NCBI GenBank assembly: GCA_964556145.1
Contig: CAZKVD010000001.1
Span: forward strand, 8,379 to 72,378
Length of the DNA: 64,000 bases
Origin: an uncultured Bifidobacterium sp.
GTDB lineage: Bacteria > Actinomycetota > Acidimicrobiia > Acidimicrobiales > Ilumatobacteraceae
Direction of reading: 5' to 3'
Shown: piece by piece, positions 26,313-36,521 of the stretch
Layout of the letters: every line of letters starts with the position of its first letter
Position numbering within the stretch: position 1 is the stretch's first letter
Position numbers and translations under genes: made by a program
Notes under the pieces: model-generated
The model's input: the letters and a program-made list of their open reading frames with translations, nothing else
Databases searched by the model: none
What the model was told of the DNA's origin: nothing

Positions 26313-27719
26313 GTGAGGGTTTACCCTTGCCTCACCGTGAACGATCAAGACCCCTTTACTAATCCACCGCGCGCGCGGACATGGCGCGACATTCCGCCCA
26401 CCCCTCCACTCGGTGCACCTTTGCCACCACCGGTGGCGTCGTACGACGATCCCGAAACACCCACGCCGCGCCGCGGAAAGTTGGTACGAGTGGTCGCGGT
26501 TCTCGTTGCATTGGCCCTTGTCGGTGGGGGAGCCGCGGCCGTCTTCACGGGTGACGACAATGCTGCGAGCACTCCGACACCCACCACCGTTGCCTCCGAA
26601 GATTCGACCGACAAGAACGACGAAGAATCAAGCCCCACCACCGAGCCGTCGGGGTCGGGTACGGCGCCGGCAGGGAGCCCCGAGCAGGTTGCCAAGTCGG
26701 TTGGTCCGTCGGTTGTGCAGATCGAGGCCAATGGCGAAATCGGCAGCGGAGTCATCTACGACAAGGCGGGTCTCGTTCTCACTGCTCACCACGTGGTCGA
26801 AGCGGGAGACACCTTCAACGTGACGCTGAACGACGGAACGAAGTTGCAGGGTCGCGTGGTTGGTCGTCGCCCGGCGCGCGATCTCGCGGTGCTCGTGGTC
26901 GACTCAACAACGGATCTCCCTGCCGCCAACCTGGGTGGCGAAGACCTGGCAATTGGTCAGCCGGTCATCGCACTCGGAAGTCCATTTGGTTACCAAGCGT
27001 CGGTGACATCGGGAATCATCAGCGGCCTCAATCGGCAACTGACGATTGGTTCGCTCACTCTGACGGGTCTCATCCAAACGGATGCGGCGATCAACCCCGG
27101 CAACTCGGGTGGCCCCTTGGTCGACGCAAAGAATCGCGTGATCGGAATCAACACCGCGATTGCGAGCACCACGGGTGGCAGCAATGGTGTCGGCTTTGCG
27201 GTTCCGATTCCCGACGCGCAGGATCTGATGGACGAAGTCGAACAAGCGGGCGGAGTCGAGGCACCCACGGCCCCGGCGCCCGAGGGATCAATGTCGAATC
27301 CCGGAAACGGTTTCGACTTTCAGTTGCCCGACTCGCTGGGGGATCTGTTCGGCGATCTCTTCGACCAACTCGACCCGGGCCAGACGATGCCCGGGGATGA
27401 CGGAAGTTCGCCACTCGCCCCACAGGCCGATGCCGGCATCATCGATATCGACCCGTTGCCACAGGGTTGGCAGGAATCGAACAACATGTCGTTCAGTTCG
27501 GGTGACCAGGGCGTCGAGACGATCATTCTCAACGGGCCCGGGGGAACCGTGACAATCACGGCGACCAAGGGTCCCGACGCCGGTTCCGTCGCCGATGCCT
27601 ACAAGGGCGGTGGCGAGATGCGTCGCCTGTCCGACAAGTTGACCGTGATCGTCGAGGGAACCCCGGGTGTGTCGTCCAAGGATCTGCGCGCGATCGCCGA
27701 TGCCGTGAAGGAAAAGTGA
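26313..27719 (+). CDS. membrane-anchored trypsin-like serine protease (HtrA/S1C-like) without a recognisable PDZ domain
   Basis: Pro-rich cytoplasmic N-terminus and a TM segment (VVAVLVALALVGGGAAAVF). Catalytic triad context TAHHV, RDLAVL, GNSGGPL. An alternative GTG start lies at 26337. Confidence 0.85.
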   Translation: MRVYPCLTVNDQDPFTNPPRARTWRDIPPTPPLGAPLPPPVASYDDPETPTPRRGKLVRVVAVLVALALVGGGAAAVFTGDDNAASTPTPTTVASEDSTDKNDEESSPTTEPSGSGTAPAGSPEQVAKSVGPSVVQIEANGEIGSGVIYDKAGLVLTAHHVVEAGDTFNVTLNDGTKLQGRVVGRRPARDLAVLVVDSTTDLPAANLGGEDLAIGQPVIALGSPFGYQASVTSGIISGLNRQLTIGSLTLTGLIQTDAAINPGNSGGPLVDAKNRVIGINTAIASTTGGSNGVGFAVPIPDAQDLMDEVEQAGGVEAPTAPAPEGSMSNPGNGFDFQLPDSLGDLFGDLFDQLDPGQTMPGDDGSSPLAPQADAGIIDIDPLPQGWQESNNMSFSSGDQGVETIILNGPGGTVTITATKGPDAGSVADAYKGGGEMRRLSDKLTVIVEGTPGVSSKDLRAIADAVKEK

Positions 27720-27726
27720 GCCATCG

Positions 27727-28680
27727 ATGAACGAAAAACTCGAAACCCTCCGGTCGGAACTCGCACGCCACGTCGTTGGTCAGGATCGTGTCGTCGAGCG
27801 GCTGATTGTGGCCATGGTTGCCAACGGGCATTGCCTCCTCGAGGGCGTGCCGGGTGTGGGCAAAACCATGATGACCTCGACGCTTGCGCGCATGGTGGGT
27901 GGAACGTTTTCACGAATCCAGTTCACCCCCGACCTGCTCCCGGCCGACATCGTCGGCACGCGGATCTACCGCGCCTCGCGTGAATCCTTCGACATCGAAC
28001 TCGGTCCGGTGTTTGCAAACTTCGTGCTCGCCGATGAAATCAACCGCGCGCCGGCCAAGGTGCAGTCGGCCCTGCTCGAGGTCATGGCCGAACGTCAGGT
28101 GTCGATCGGCGGTGTCACCAACAAGGTTGCACTGCCCTTCATGGTGTTGGCCACGCAGAACCCGATCGAACAAGAGGGTGTCTACGCCCTGCCCGAAGCA
28201 CAGCGCGATCGATTTCTCATGCGTGTGCCCGTCGACTATCCGACGCCCGCGCAAGAGGCAGAAATTGCCCGGCGCAGCGCGCGCCCCACGACTGCACCGG
28301 CGCAGATCCTCACGATCGAAGAGCTGCTCGACCTTCAACGTGTCGCGAACGACCTGCCCGTTCCCGATGCGGTCGCCGACTACGCCGTTCGCCTCGTGGT
28401 TGCGACCCGCGACCCCCGTTCGTTCGGCTTCGATTCCCTCGATGGTTGGCTGTCGTTCGGCGCCAGCCCGCGCGCGACGCTCGGACTTCTTGCTGCGGCC
28501 CGCGCGATGGCATTGATGCGTGGTCATTCAACTGTGCGGGTGCAGGACATCTACGACATCGCCTACGACGTGTTGAACCATCGTCTTGTCTTGTCGTGGG
28601 ATGCCGTCACGCGCGGTGCAACCGTCGATGAGTTCATCGTTGCATTGCTCGAGCGGGTTCTCGCCCCGTCCGGGTGGTGA
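27727..28680 (+). CDS. MoxR-family AAA+ ATPase
   Basis: Walker A GVPGVGKT, Walker B LADEINRA, 317 aa. Confidence 0.9.
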   Translation: MNEKLETLRSELARHVVGQDRVVERLIVAMVANGHCLLEGVPGVGKTMMTSTLARMVGGTFSRIQFTPDLLPADIVGTRIYRASRESFDIELGPVFANFVLADEINRAPAKVQSALLEVMAERQVSIGGVTNKVALPFMVLATQNPIEQEGVYALPEAQRDRFLMRVPVDYPTPAQEAEIARRSARPTTAPAQILTIEELLDLQRVANDLPVPDAVADYAVRLVVATRDPRSFGFDSLDGWLSFGASPRATLGLLAAARAMALMRGHSTVRVQDIYDIAYDVLNHRLVLSWDAVTRGATVDEFIVALLERVLAPSGW

Positions 28681-29579
28681 ATGATTTCGTGATGCACCGT
28701 TCGGCCCCACCACGTCTGCCGAGGTCGCTGATTCCGGTGACGCGCCGCATCTCCGGACTGCTGCACGGCGATTACTCGGGTCTGCTGCACCGAGCCGGAT
28801 CGGAGCTCGGCGACATTCGCCGGTACAACGAGGGCGACGACGTTCGCCGAATCGACTGGCCGGCAACTGCGCGGACGAACGAAACCCAGGTGCATGACAC
28901 GATCGCCGACCACGAACTCGACGTGTGGTTGGTGGTGGATGCGTCGGCAAGCATGTCGTTCGGAACCGCGCGGTCGACCAAGTACAGGCTCGCCATCGAT
29001 GTGGCCGGAGCCGTGGGGTTGCTTGTCGCCCAATCGGGCAATCGAGTCGGTTGTGTCCTTGCGGGCAATGACGGCCACGTCGTCCCACGTGCCGGAACGG
29101 CCCACCTGGCGGGAGTTCTGGCCACGCTGGAACGTGCGGGTGCAAGCGCGGGTGGGTCGGTCGCCGATCCCGTTCGTGCGCTTGCCGTTCCCATGTCGCC
29201 GCGCACGCGGCGCGGCCTCGTCGTCGTCGCCTCTGACTTCTTCGATCCCGGATGGCCGGTCGAACTGTCGCGGTTGTCACGTCGGCACGACGTCATCGCG
29301 GTGGTGGTTTTGGATCCGCGCGAGCTGTCGTTGCCTGACGTCGGCGTGGTCGACTTCGAGGATCCCGAAACCGGCAATGTGGCCACCATCGACACGTCGC
29401 GGGGCGACGTTCGGGAACGTTTCGCCGTCGAAACGCGCCGCCGTCTCGACCAACGAATTGCCGCATTGCGGGCCGCAAGGGTCGATGTCGTCGAACTTCG
29501 GACCGACTCCGATTGGGTGCCGGTGCTGGCCGGATTTCTCAGATCCCGTAAGCGCCGCTTGGCAACGGTGGCACGGTGA
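28674..29579 (+). CDS. DUF58 domain protein (MoxR-associated, VWA-like)
   Basis: IRRYNEGDDVRRIDWPATART...VDASASMSFG is the hallmark DUF58 motif. Overlaps the MoxR stop. Confidence 0.85.
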   Translation: MVNDFVMHRSAPPRLPRSLIPVTRRISGLLHGDYSGLLHRAGSELGDIRRYNEGDDVRRIDWPATARTNETQVHDTIADHELDVWLVVDASASMSFGTARSTKYRLAIDVAGAVGLLVAQSGNRVGCVLAGNDGHVVPRAGTAHLAGVLATLERAGASAGGSVADPVRALAVPMSPRTRRGLVVVASDFFDPGWPVELSRLSRRHDVIAVVVLDPRELSLPDVGVVDFEDPETGNVATIDTSRGDVRERFAVETRRRLDQRIAALRAARVDVVELRTDSDWVPVLAGFLRSRKRRLATVAR

Positions 29580-30538
29580 TGGTTGCTCTCACTTTCCTGT
29601 CGGCATGGCGGCTCAGCTTTCTCGTGTTGCCGGCCGCGCTCGTGGTGCTGGCGTTCGTCAGCGCCAAGCGGCGCCCCGGGCGTACCGTCAAGTTCAGTTC
29701 GCTCGAATTGTTCGAGGGGCTCGTTGTCAGGCCGTCACGGGCCAAGCAGGCCCTTCCCGTCGCACTCGTTGCTTTGGCAATGTGCGCCGGTGTCGTTGGT
29801 GCGGCACGTCCCGCCTACGAAGAGACCGACAAGAGCGAAAAAGCCGTGGTCGTGCTGGCGATCGATGTCTCGTTGTCAATGAGTGCGACCGACGTTGCGC
29901 CATCGCGCATCGAGGTGGCAAAGAAGTCAGCGATTCGCTTCGTCGACAATGCACCCGCCGACACTCTCATCGGTGTCGTTGCATTCGACAGCAATGCCCA
30001 ACAGATCATCTCGGCCACAGACAATCGCGAAGCGTTGCGACGCGTCATCTCGCGGCTTGAACCCGGCACCGGAACCGCAATCGGTGAGGCGATCTTTGCC
30101 TCGCTCGACACAATCTCGGCGGCTGCCGACTCGACCGATGCCGACAAGGCGATCGGCACCATCATCTTGTTGTCCGACGGAACCACCACCACGGGCCGGC
30201 CCGACAACGAGGCCGCCGCTGCCGCGCAGGCACGCGGGGTCAAGGTCAACACGATCGCCTTCGGAACTCCCGACGGCACGGTCGTCACTCCTGACGGGCA
30301 AACCGTTCCGGTGCCACCCGATGAGCAGGCGTTGCAGAACATCGCAGACACCGCGCGGGGCAAGTCGTTCAGTGCGACGACGGAAGATGCACTGACGAAG
30401 ATCTACGATTCGCTCGGCAGTTCCATCGTTCGCAAGGTCGTGGTCCGCGAAGTCTCGGGCTGGTTCGCCCTCAGCGGCGTGCTGTTGATTTTCGCCGCAG
30501 CCGTTCTGTCGTTGCGCTGGTTCCGTCGACTCGTCTAG
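29576..30538 (+). CDS. membrane-anchored von Willebrand factor A protein (BatA-like)
   Basis: N-terminal and C-terminal TM helices. MIDAS motif DVSLSMS. Confidence 0.85.
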   Translation: MMVALTFLSAWRLSFLVLPAALVVLAFVSAKRRPGRTVKFSSLELFEGLVVRPSRAKQALPVALVALAMCAGVVGAARPAYEETDKSEKAVVVLAIDVSLSMSATDVAPSRIEVAKKSAIRFVDNAPADTLIGVVAFDSNAQQIISATDNREALRRVISRLEPGTGTAIGEAIFASLDTISAAADSTDADKAIGTIILLSDGTTTTGRPDNEAAAAAQARGVKVNTIAFGTPDGTVVTPDGQTVPVPPDEQALQNIADTARGKSFSATTEDALTKIYDSLGSSIVRKVVVREVSGWFALSGVLLIFAAAVLSLRWFRRLV

Positions 30539-31125
30539 TTGGCGTTGATGATCGCCATTGCCGCGTCAGCGACGGTGGCGGCCGCACGCTCGCCGAGGGC
30601 GGCGCTCATCGCCTCCATGTTCGGAATGTCGAACAGCGCGGCGACAACGACCAGCTTTTCGTCGGACACACGTTTGATGTCGTCGCCCAGCCATCGGCGC
30701 AACTGTTGATTCAACAACTCGACCCGTCCGAACCGGGCCATTGCGGCTGCCGGCCACTCGTGGGCAAGGGCTTCGGATGTGCGGGTGATGACTCCCTGCT
30801 TCTCCGAGAATTCGACGCGCAGTTCCGCTAGGGCCAACAGTCGCGACGCCAAGTCACCATTGGGTGGATCAGCGTTGAAGTACTGCTCGACACGCGGGTA
30901 CCAGTAGCCGATCATTCCGGCAATGACCTCGTTGAACGAGCCGAAGTAGCGGAAGAGCGTGCGCTCCGAGACCCCTGCGCGGGCGGCAACTTCGGCAACG
31001 GGCGGGTTGTAGCGACCTTCGGAGAAGAGTTCGGCCAACGCCTCGTAAACCGCGCGCTTGCCACGCTCGACACGTTCGTGCCGGCCGTCCTTCTTCTCGT
31101 CGTTGCCCGCTGGTTCGTCGGCCAT
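30535..31125 (-). CDS. TetR-family transcriptional regulator
   Basis: ORF 30535..31212, start taken at MADEPAGND. HTH VAARAGVSERTLFRYF. Confidence 0.85.
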   Translation of the reverse strand: MADEPAGNDEKKDGRHERVERGKRAVYEALAELFSEGRYNPPVAEVAARAGVSERTLFRYFGSFNEVIAGMIGYWYPRVEQYFNADPPNGDLASRLLALAELRVEFSEKQGVITRTSEALAHEWPAAAMARFGRVELLNQQLRRWLGDDIKRVSDEKLVVVAALFDIPNMEAMSAALGERAAATVADAAMAIINAN

Positions 31126-31189
31126 CACTGCCAATTTATCGCTCCAGAAGTGGCTAGTGGCAGACCGCCTGCCAAATACGGCAAACCCT

Positions 31190-32410
31190 ATGCTCGCCTC
31201 CATGAACCCCACGCCAGCCGACGATTTCTACCGCCGGTGCGGCATCGTGCGACATGAAGGCGGGATGGAGTTCTGGGCCGATCTCGCATTGCGATCCGGT
31301 GACGATGTCGCAACGGAGATTGGTGATGTCCTCGAGCGTCGCGCCTACGGACGCGCCGGCGCCGGTGACGTCGAGGTGTTCTGTGCCGATGTCGATCGGC
31401 AACGCGTGACGGTTGATGCATCGGCACCACACACTTGGACGTGGTTGAACGTCTTGGCGGGCGTGTCCGACGTTGATACAGCTCTCGATCTCGGGTGCGG
31501 TGGGGGAGTCGCAACGTGCTTCGTTGCCGAACGCCATCCCGACGCGCGCGTCGTCGGAGTGGATTCCAGTCCCATCGCGATCGCCACGGCGCGCGCAATG
31601 GCCGCAGAACTCGGCTTGTCGAATGTCGAGTTCATCGTTGCCGACGTGGCGGGTCTCGGTCTCGACTGCGAATTCGATCTGGTGATGTCGAGTGCGGTGT
31701 GGGCAGAGACCGTCGACTGGGTTCACGGCGGACGTTGGTGGTCGGCATTGAACGAACTACCGAAACTGCTCGCCCCTGGCGCGGTGCACAGCGCCCTCGC
31801 ACAGACTGCGGCACGTCACCTTGCCGCAAACGGTGTTTACCTGTCGCTCGAACGATGCCGTGACCTCGCCGGTTTGGGTGCGTGGGTGGCGGCACAACAA
31901 AACGTCGGTCTCAACTTCGATACTGCGATCAGCGACATTCTGACGATCGACGGCGTGCTGACCGGGCCCGAGCGACTGCCACTCGTCGCGGTGCACCGCA
32001 AGACCCTTCCGGCGTCGCCCAACGACATCGTGCAGTGGCGACTCAGCGTCGGCGATCCGAAACTCGACGAGGGGATCCTCACCGAGGTGGCCATGGCGTC
32101 CGGCCCACCGTGGGCACTCTCCGAGGGCGTGGTGTTCGACGCGCGCGAGAACCTCGATGATTTCGCAGCCGCGCTGTTGTTGCTTGAACGCGGAGACGAA
32201 GGGAAGTTGTATTTCGCCACGACACGTGGCGTGCGGGAAGTTCTGGCGTCGAGTCCCGACGGAGGGGTCGATCAGTTCCGTCCCCTGTACCGCCGAATGC
32301 GCAACGAAATCGGCCAACGGCGGATGGTTGTTGGCCGGCGCGACGCGGTCGCAAGCGACCTTGCCGAGATTCTGCCGCGACCACCGGTCAGTCGTGGTGG
32401 GGGACGATGA
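31190..32410 (+). CDS. class I SAM-dependent methyltransferase with a C-terminal extension of about 200 aa
   Basis: ORF 31058..32410, start taken at MLASMNPT. Motif I LDLGCGGG, then VGVDSSP and ADV. Confidence 0.75.
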   Translation: MLASMNPTPADDFYRRCGIVRHEGGMEFWADLALRSGDDVATEIGDVLERRAYGRAGAGDVEVFCADVDRQRVTVDASAPHTWTWLNVLAGVSDVDTALDLGCGGGVATCFVAERHPDARVVGVDSSPIAIATARAMAAELGLSNVEFIVADVAGLGLDCEFDLVMSSAVWAETVDWVHGGRWWSALNELPKLLAPGAVHSALAQTAARHLAANGVYLSLERCRDLAGLGAWVAAQQNVGLNFDTAISDILTIDGVLTGPERLPLVAVHRKTLPASPNDIVQWRLSVGDPKLDEGILTEVAMASGPPWALSEGVVFDARENLDDFAAALLLLERGDEGKLYFATTRGVREVLASSPDGGVDQFRPLYRRMRNEIGQRRMVVGRRDAVASDLAEILPRPPVSRGGGR

Positions 32411-32819
32411 CCACCGGCACCTTGCTGTGCGCAGCCACGTACGAGGCAACCGATCCGAGAATCAAGCCGCTGAGTCCCGTATGCCCCTTGGCACCGATCA
32501 CCACCAAGTCGGCATCGGAGTCGCGCAACTCGATTCGGGCTTCACCCTGCACCAAGGCGTGTTTCAACATGACCTGGTGATCCTTTGCCAGTGGCAGGAA
32601 CTCCTTGAATTCGTTGTCGATCAACTCGGTGGGAACCGATTCGTCGATGGTCATCGCCGCGCCGAGTTCGTTGCCGTAGATGTACGGATGCCACACGTGC
32701 AACAACAGCACTGTGTCGCCGGGCTGCGAGTTTTCGATGGCCCAGTGCGCCGCACTTCGTGCGTTGGGTGACCCGTCGGTTCCCACCACGATTCGTTTTG
32801 CCTTGTGTCTGTCTCTCAT
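32388..32819 (-). CDS. universal stress protein (UspA family)
   Basis: ORF 32388..32972, start taken at MRDRHKAKRIVVGTDGS. C-terminal GAKGHTGLSGLILGSV ATP-binding motif. Confidence 0.85.
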   Translation of the reverse strand: MRDRHKAKRIVVGTDGSPNARSAAHWAIENSQPGDTVLLLHVWHPYIYGNELGAAMTIDESVPTELIDNEFKEFLPLAKDHQVMLKHALVQGEARIELRDSDADLVVIGAKGHTGLSGLILGSVASYVAAHSKVPVVIVPHHD

Positions 32820-32860
32820 TTCAACCACCTCCTGAGTGGAACTCGACTGTGAACGTTGCA

Positions 32861-34318
32861 TCAGGTCAGCCTCTCGAGAAGCTCGTCGAGGTTGGCAACT
32901 GCGAAGCCGATCGATTGGTCGGCGATTCCGAACGGGATGAGGAGATTGCCGCCCGCTCTCATCGAGCCACACGAATAAACGACGTTCGGAACGTACCCGT
33001 CACGTTCGCTCTGAAGCGGTGCCAGCAACGGTTCGTCGAGGGTGCTGATCACGCGCATCGGATCGTGGAGATCGAGAAGCATTGCACTCAGGGTGTAGGT
33101 ACGCATCGGTCCCACGGCGTGGGTCAGCACAAGCCACCCTGCCTCGGTCTCGATGGGTGGACCGGAGTTGCCCAGCTGAATCAACTCCCACGGTCGTGTG
33201 GGGCGCTGCAGAATCTCGCTCTTTTCCCAATACTCGAGGTGGTGTGAAAACGCGATCGAGTTGGTCTCGAAGTCGGCCCGCGACAACGCGACGTACCAGC
33301 CATCGATCTTCTTGGGAAAGATCGCAAGACCCTTCCCCTCGGCAGCGGGCCCAGAGACCGGCGAGATGTCGAAAGTGAGGAAGTCGTCCGTCTCGATGAG
33401 TTGTTGCGAGATGTCCCTTCCATCGAAGGCGGTATAAGTCGCAACGTACTTGGCCTCGCCCGATGACCAGTTGGTTCGTGTGAACCGAGCATCCTCCATT
33501 CCGCGCCACTCGGCTGCAGCGAAGGGCCAGAGAACGCGTTCGGACTCTTTTGACTCGGAGGAAAATGTGACCTTGTAATTCCGCTCCGCGATCGCATGAA
33601 AATGTTCCGAGGTTTGCTCTGCGTACCTGTACGTGTCGCGGTCATGAACCAAGCGGGTCAGGCGTTCTTCAAGTTCGCCAAGCGAGAATGAATCACCGAG
33701 TCCCTCGAGGACGTACCGCGCATTTTCCCCGAAATCCCCCATTTTTTCGAGCAATCCGACGAAGGCCATGTGTTCGAGTTTCGATTCGCCGTGTGCGCCC
33801 GCTGTGAGACACGAGCCGACCTCATCTAGGGCAACGTTTCCGCGTGTGTCCACCACCCCCGTCCGGAAGCCGATCGAGGACCTGTGCCCCTCGCCGATAC
33901 AACGCACGCTCATGATGAATCGGGTGTGATCGGGCGGAAGCGCCGACTGGTCCGGGTGTGCGACCGCCGACGGGTTGGTGATGCTTGCACCCTCGATCGA
34001 GCACTCGTGACTGAAGAATGCGCCGATGAGCCGCCAACGTTCTTCGTCGAGTGCAATGTCGGGTGCGATTCGATTCGCCACGCGCTGGGCGTGTGTCTCG
34101 AGAACCAGACCGAATTCCGGGTGGCGGTCGCCGAACCTGTCCTCGACATCGGCGAGTGCGGCGCGCACCTCGGCAGGCGACAACTGCATCACCCGACCAA
34201 TGATGATGCTGGTTCGAGATTCACGCGAGCCGAAGTCGTCGTGGCCCGCCACGAAGAGACGAGAAAGGACCCGCGAAGTATCGGGTGTGATGACGTGTGT
34301 CGTGCGTCGTGCGACCAT
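32861..34318 (-). CDS. GH130-like beta-propeller glycosidase/phosphorylase with an N-terminal extension of about 180 aa
   Basis: ORF 32861..34690, start taken at MVARRTTHV. The C-terminal half (NSGPPIETEAGWLVLTHAVG...YVPNVVYSCG...LIPFGIAD) resembles the GH130/DUF377 family. Confidence 0.6.
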   Translation of the reverse strand: MVARRTTHVITPDTSRVLSRLFVAGHDDFGSRESRTSIIIGRVMQLSPAEVRAALADVEDRFGDRHPEFGLVLETHAQRVANRIAPDIALDEERWRLIGAFFSHECSIEGASITNPSAVAHPDQSALPPDHTRFIMSVRCIGEGHRSSIGFRTGVVDTRGNVALDEVGSCLTAGAHGESKLEHMAFVGLLEKMGDFGENARYVLEGLGDSFSLGELEERLTRLVHDRDTYRYAEQTSEHFHAIAERNYKVTFSSESKESERVLWPFAAAEWRGMEDARFTRTNWSSGEAKYVATYTAFDGRDISQQLIETDDFLTFDISPVSGPAAEGKGLAIFPKKIDGWYVALSRADFETNSIAFSHHLEYWEKSEILQRPTRPWELIQLGNSGPPIETEAGWLVLTHAVGPMRTYTLSAMLLDLHDPMRVISTLDEPLLAPLQSERDGYVPNVVYSCGSMRAGGNLLIPFGIADQSIGFAVANLDELLERLT

Positions 34319-34329
34319 GGTGAACGGAG

Positions 34330-35367
34330 TCAGTCCGTTCCGGTCAGCAAGCGCTCGTGTTGGAGAGTCGTGATCATCGCAATTGTCGATTCGGCCCCCT
34401 GGTTCTCGTTCGGGCGATCGGGGTGGAGGCCGTCGTAGCCACCGTGGCTTTCCGGGTCGAACATCGAAACTCCGGCATCGTTCTTCCCATGGAACCACGA
34501 CGTGGCAAGCGAGACGCCCTTCAACCAATGGTTGTCGCTCGTCAAGTGCCATGCCCGCGCGCAGGCGTTTGCGATGCCGGCCACCTCGATCGGCTGTTGG
34601 TCGAAGGCGGGCTGATTGTCCCGCGGTCCGCGGCCCCCGACGGGTGTCACTGACAGCCGATCGTCGAGGGTCTCGCGATTCAACAGCCACTCAAGAAGAT
34701 CGAGGCCAGTCTCGATGTAGTCAATGCACCCGGTCCCTTCGCCTGCGGCGAGCAGAGCCTCGGGAATGAGTGCGTTGTGGTATGCCAAACGGTCCTCGGG
34801 CCAGGGCCACGTGCGATCCGCGCGCACCAAGTCGCACACCTCCTGCGCGGCGTCGTGCAAGAGAAATGCGGCGTCGTGGTGATGAGGATCAATGCGGGCC
34901 ACTTCGGCGGCCCCGAGCGCCGCGTAGCACATCGAACGAATCGACGAGCCACGTTGAAGGCACGCGTGATCGAAGGCCCGTTGGGCTTCGGACCGAACGT
35001 GATTGTCGAACCCCAATCGTGCGGCACTGCCGAATGCCCACAAAGCCCGCCCCCAGCAGTCATCAGTAGAAGGTGCGTCCGTCCACACTCTTTGGAAACT
35101 CAGGCGATTGCGAATCATTCCGGAATCGTCGACGGCATCGTGGATGAATTTCAACGCGATGCGTCCCAGCACTTCCGACCCGAATGACCGGCCCTCGTCG
35201 TGCAGCGCTGCCACGACGAGCCGAGCATTGTCGTCCGTGCAGTATCCGAAACTGAACCGCGGGTGGCGGCCCTTTGCATGCTCAAGAATTCCTCGATCGT
35301 CCGTGAGGCGCGAGAGATGACGAAAACTCACCTTCTGCGAGTTGTCGATGGCCGTCTTCGTCGTCAT
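34330..35367 (-). CDS. hypothetical protein, possibly (alpha/alpha)6-barrel glycoside-hydrolase-like
   Basis: ORF 34330..35451, start taken at MTTKTAIDN, with an ATGA overlap onto the GT4 stop. Repeated helical W/A-rich pattern. The fold assignment is a guess. Confidence 0.35.
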   Translation of the reverse strand: MTTKTAIDNSQKVSFRHLSRLTDDRGILEHAKGRHPRFSFGYCTDDNARLVVAALHDEGRSFGSEVLGRIALKFIHDAVDDSGMIRNRLSFQRVWTDAPSTDDCWGRALWAFGSAARLGFDNHVRSEAQRAFDHACLQRGSSIRSMCYAALGAAEVARIDPHHHDAAFLLHDAAQEVCDLVRADRTWPWPEDRLAYHNALIPEALLAAGEGTGCIDYIETGLDLLEWLLNRETLDDRLSVTPVGGRGPRDNQPAFDQQPIEVAGIANACARAWHLTSDNHWLKGVSLATSWFHGKNDAGVSMFDPESHGGYDGLHPDRPNENQGAESTIAMITTLQHERLLTGTD

Positions 35368-36518
35368 TGTCCGACTCCGAACTCGAGAGCTGCAACGGGG
35401 TTGGCCACTCGCGCCGCGAGATCCGCGTAGTCGGCGGCAACTGCAGACCATCGGTACGACGGTGCCATCGACGCCGCGAGCATCCCCATGTTGGCGACGA
35501 GGCCGGGGTCGGTGATCACGCGCTCCATGGCATCGGCAAGTTCGTGGGCGGAGCCGTGCGACACCAACAGACCTGCGCCGTCAGCGAGAATTTCCGTCGC
35601 GTGCGGGAACCTGGTGGCGATGACGGGACGTCCCGCGGCAATCGCGTCCACGAGCACACCCGATGTGATCTGGTCGTCCGAGTCGTACGGCAAGATGACG
35701 CACGTCGACTCGGTGATCAATTCCACGAGTGACCCGAGTGGACGATACGACGGGTCGAAAATCACCGAGTCGGCGATGCCGAGGCTTTCGGCACGCGCAA
35801 GCAGCATGTCGCGGTATGCCTCGCCGTCGTTCTCCAGAACCCGGGGATGCGTCCTGCCGGCGACGATGTAGCGAGCCGAGATACCGCGAGTCGCGAGCTC
35901 GCCCAAGGCATCGATCACCCATTCGATTCCCTTGCCCGGGCCGAGAAGTCCCCACGTCAGGAACGTGATTCCCGACGAGCGCGACGGGGCACCAAGCGTG
36001 CGCGGAACCGTTGCTCCGTGCACGATCGTGTTGACCTTGCTCGCCTCGACGTCGTAGCCAGCAACCAATCGCATGTGCGCAGTGTCGGTCATTGTGACCA
36101 CGGCAGACGATGCGTCCACGATTCGCTCGAGTATGCGACGTTGAGATGCCGAAGGGTTGAGTGGCACCGTGTGCAGCGTGGTGACGACGGGAACCTCGAC
36201 ATCGTCGAGGAGAGCGAGTATCTCCTCGCCATCTTGCCCCCCGAAGATTCCGTACTCGTGCTGCAACAGCAAACACTCGTATCCATTCACGCGTCGTGCA
36301 ACGGCACGACGGGAGGATGCCGAACCGGGACGCAAAACCGCAACCACCCGCATGTCGGTTGACCGGCTGTCGTCGACAGCGGCGCGTACCACGCCGACGT
36401 CGCGGATGCCGATCTCCGACAAACCGTTCGTCAGCGCGGCCGCGAACGTGGCGAGTCCGCACGGCGTCGGCGGGTAGGTGCTGAGGACTGCCAAAGCAGG
36501 TGATCTCCACTGGCTCAT
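35364..36518 (-). CDS. glycosyltransferase family 4 (GT-B, group 1)
   Basis: 384 aa. N-terminal STYPPTPCGLATF and a C-terminal E-x7-E-like region (PYDSDDQITSGVLVDAIAAGRPVIAT). Confidence 0.8.
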   Translation of the reverse strand: MSQWRSPALAVLSTYPPTPCGLATFAAALTNGLSEIGIRDVGVVRAAVDDSRSTDMRVVAVLRPGSASSRRAVARRVNGYECLLLQHEYGIFGGQDGEEILALLDDVEVPVVTTLHTVPLNPSASQRRILERIVDASSAVVTMTDTAHMRLVAGYDVEASKVNTIVHGATVPRTLGAPSRSSGITFLTWGLLGPGKGIEWVIDALGELATRGISARYIVAGRTHPRVLENDGEAYRDMLLARAESLGIADSVIFDPSYRPLGSLVELITESTCVILPYDSDDQITSGVLVDAIAAGRPVIATRFPHATEILADGAGLLVSHGSAHELADAMERVITDPGLVANMGMLAASMAPSYRWSAVAADYADLAARVANPVAALEFGVGQ

Positions 36519-36521
36519 TGT

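Noticed and set aside
28528-29280. 250-aa minus-strand ORF inside the MoxR/DUF58 region
   Set aside because: It is antisense to genes with unmistakable MoxR and DUF58 motifs, and its product is Arg/Pro-rich.
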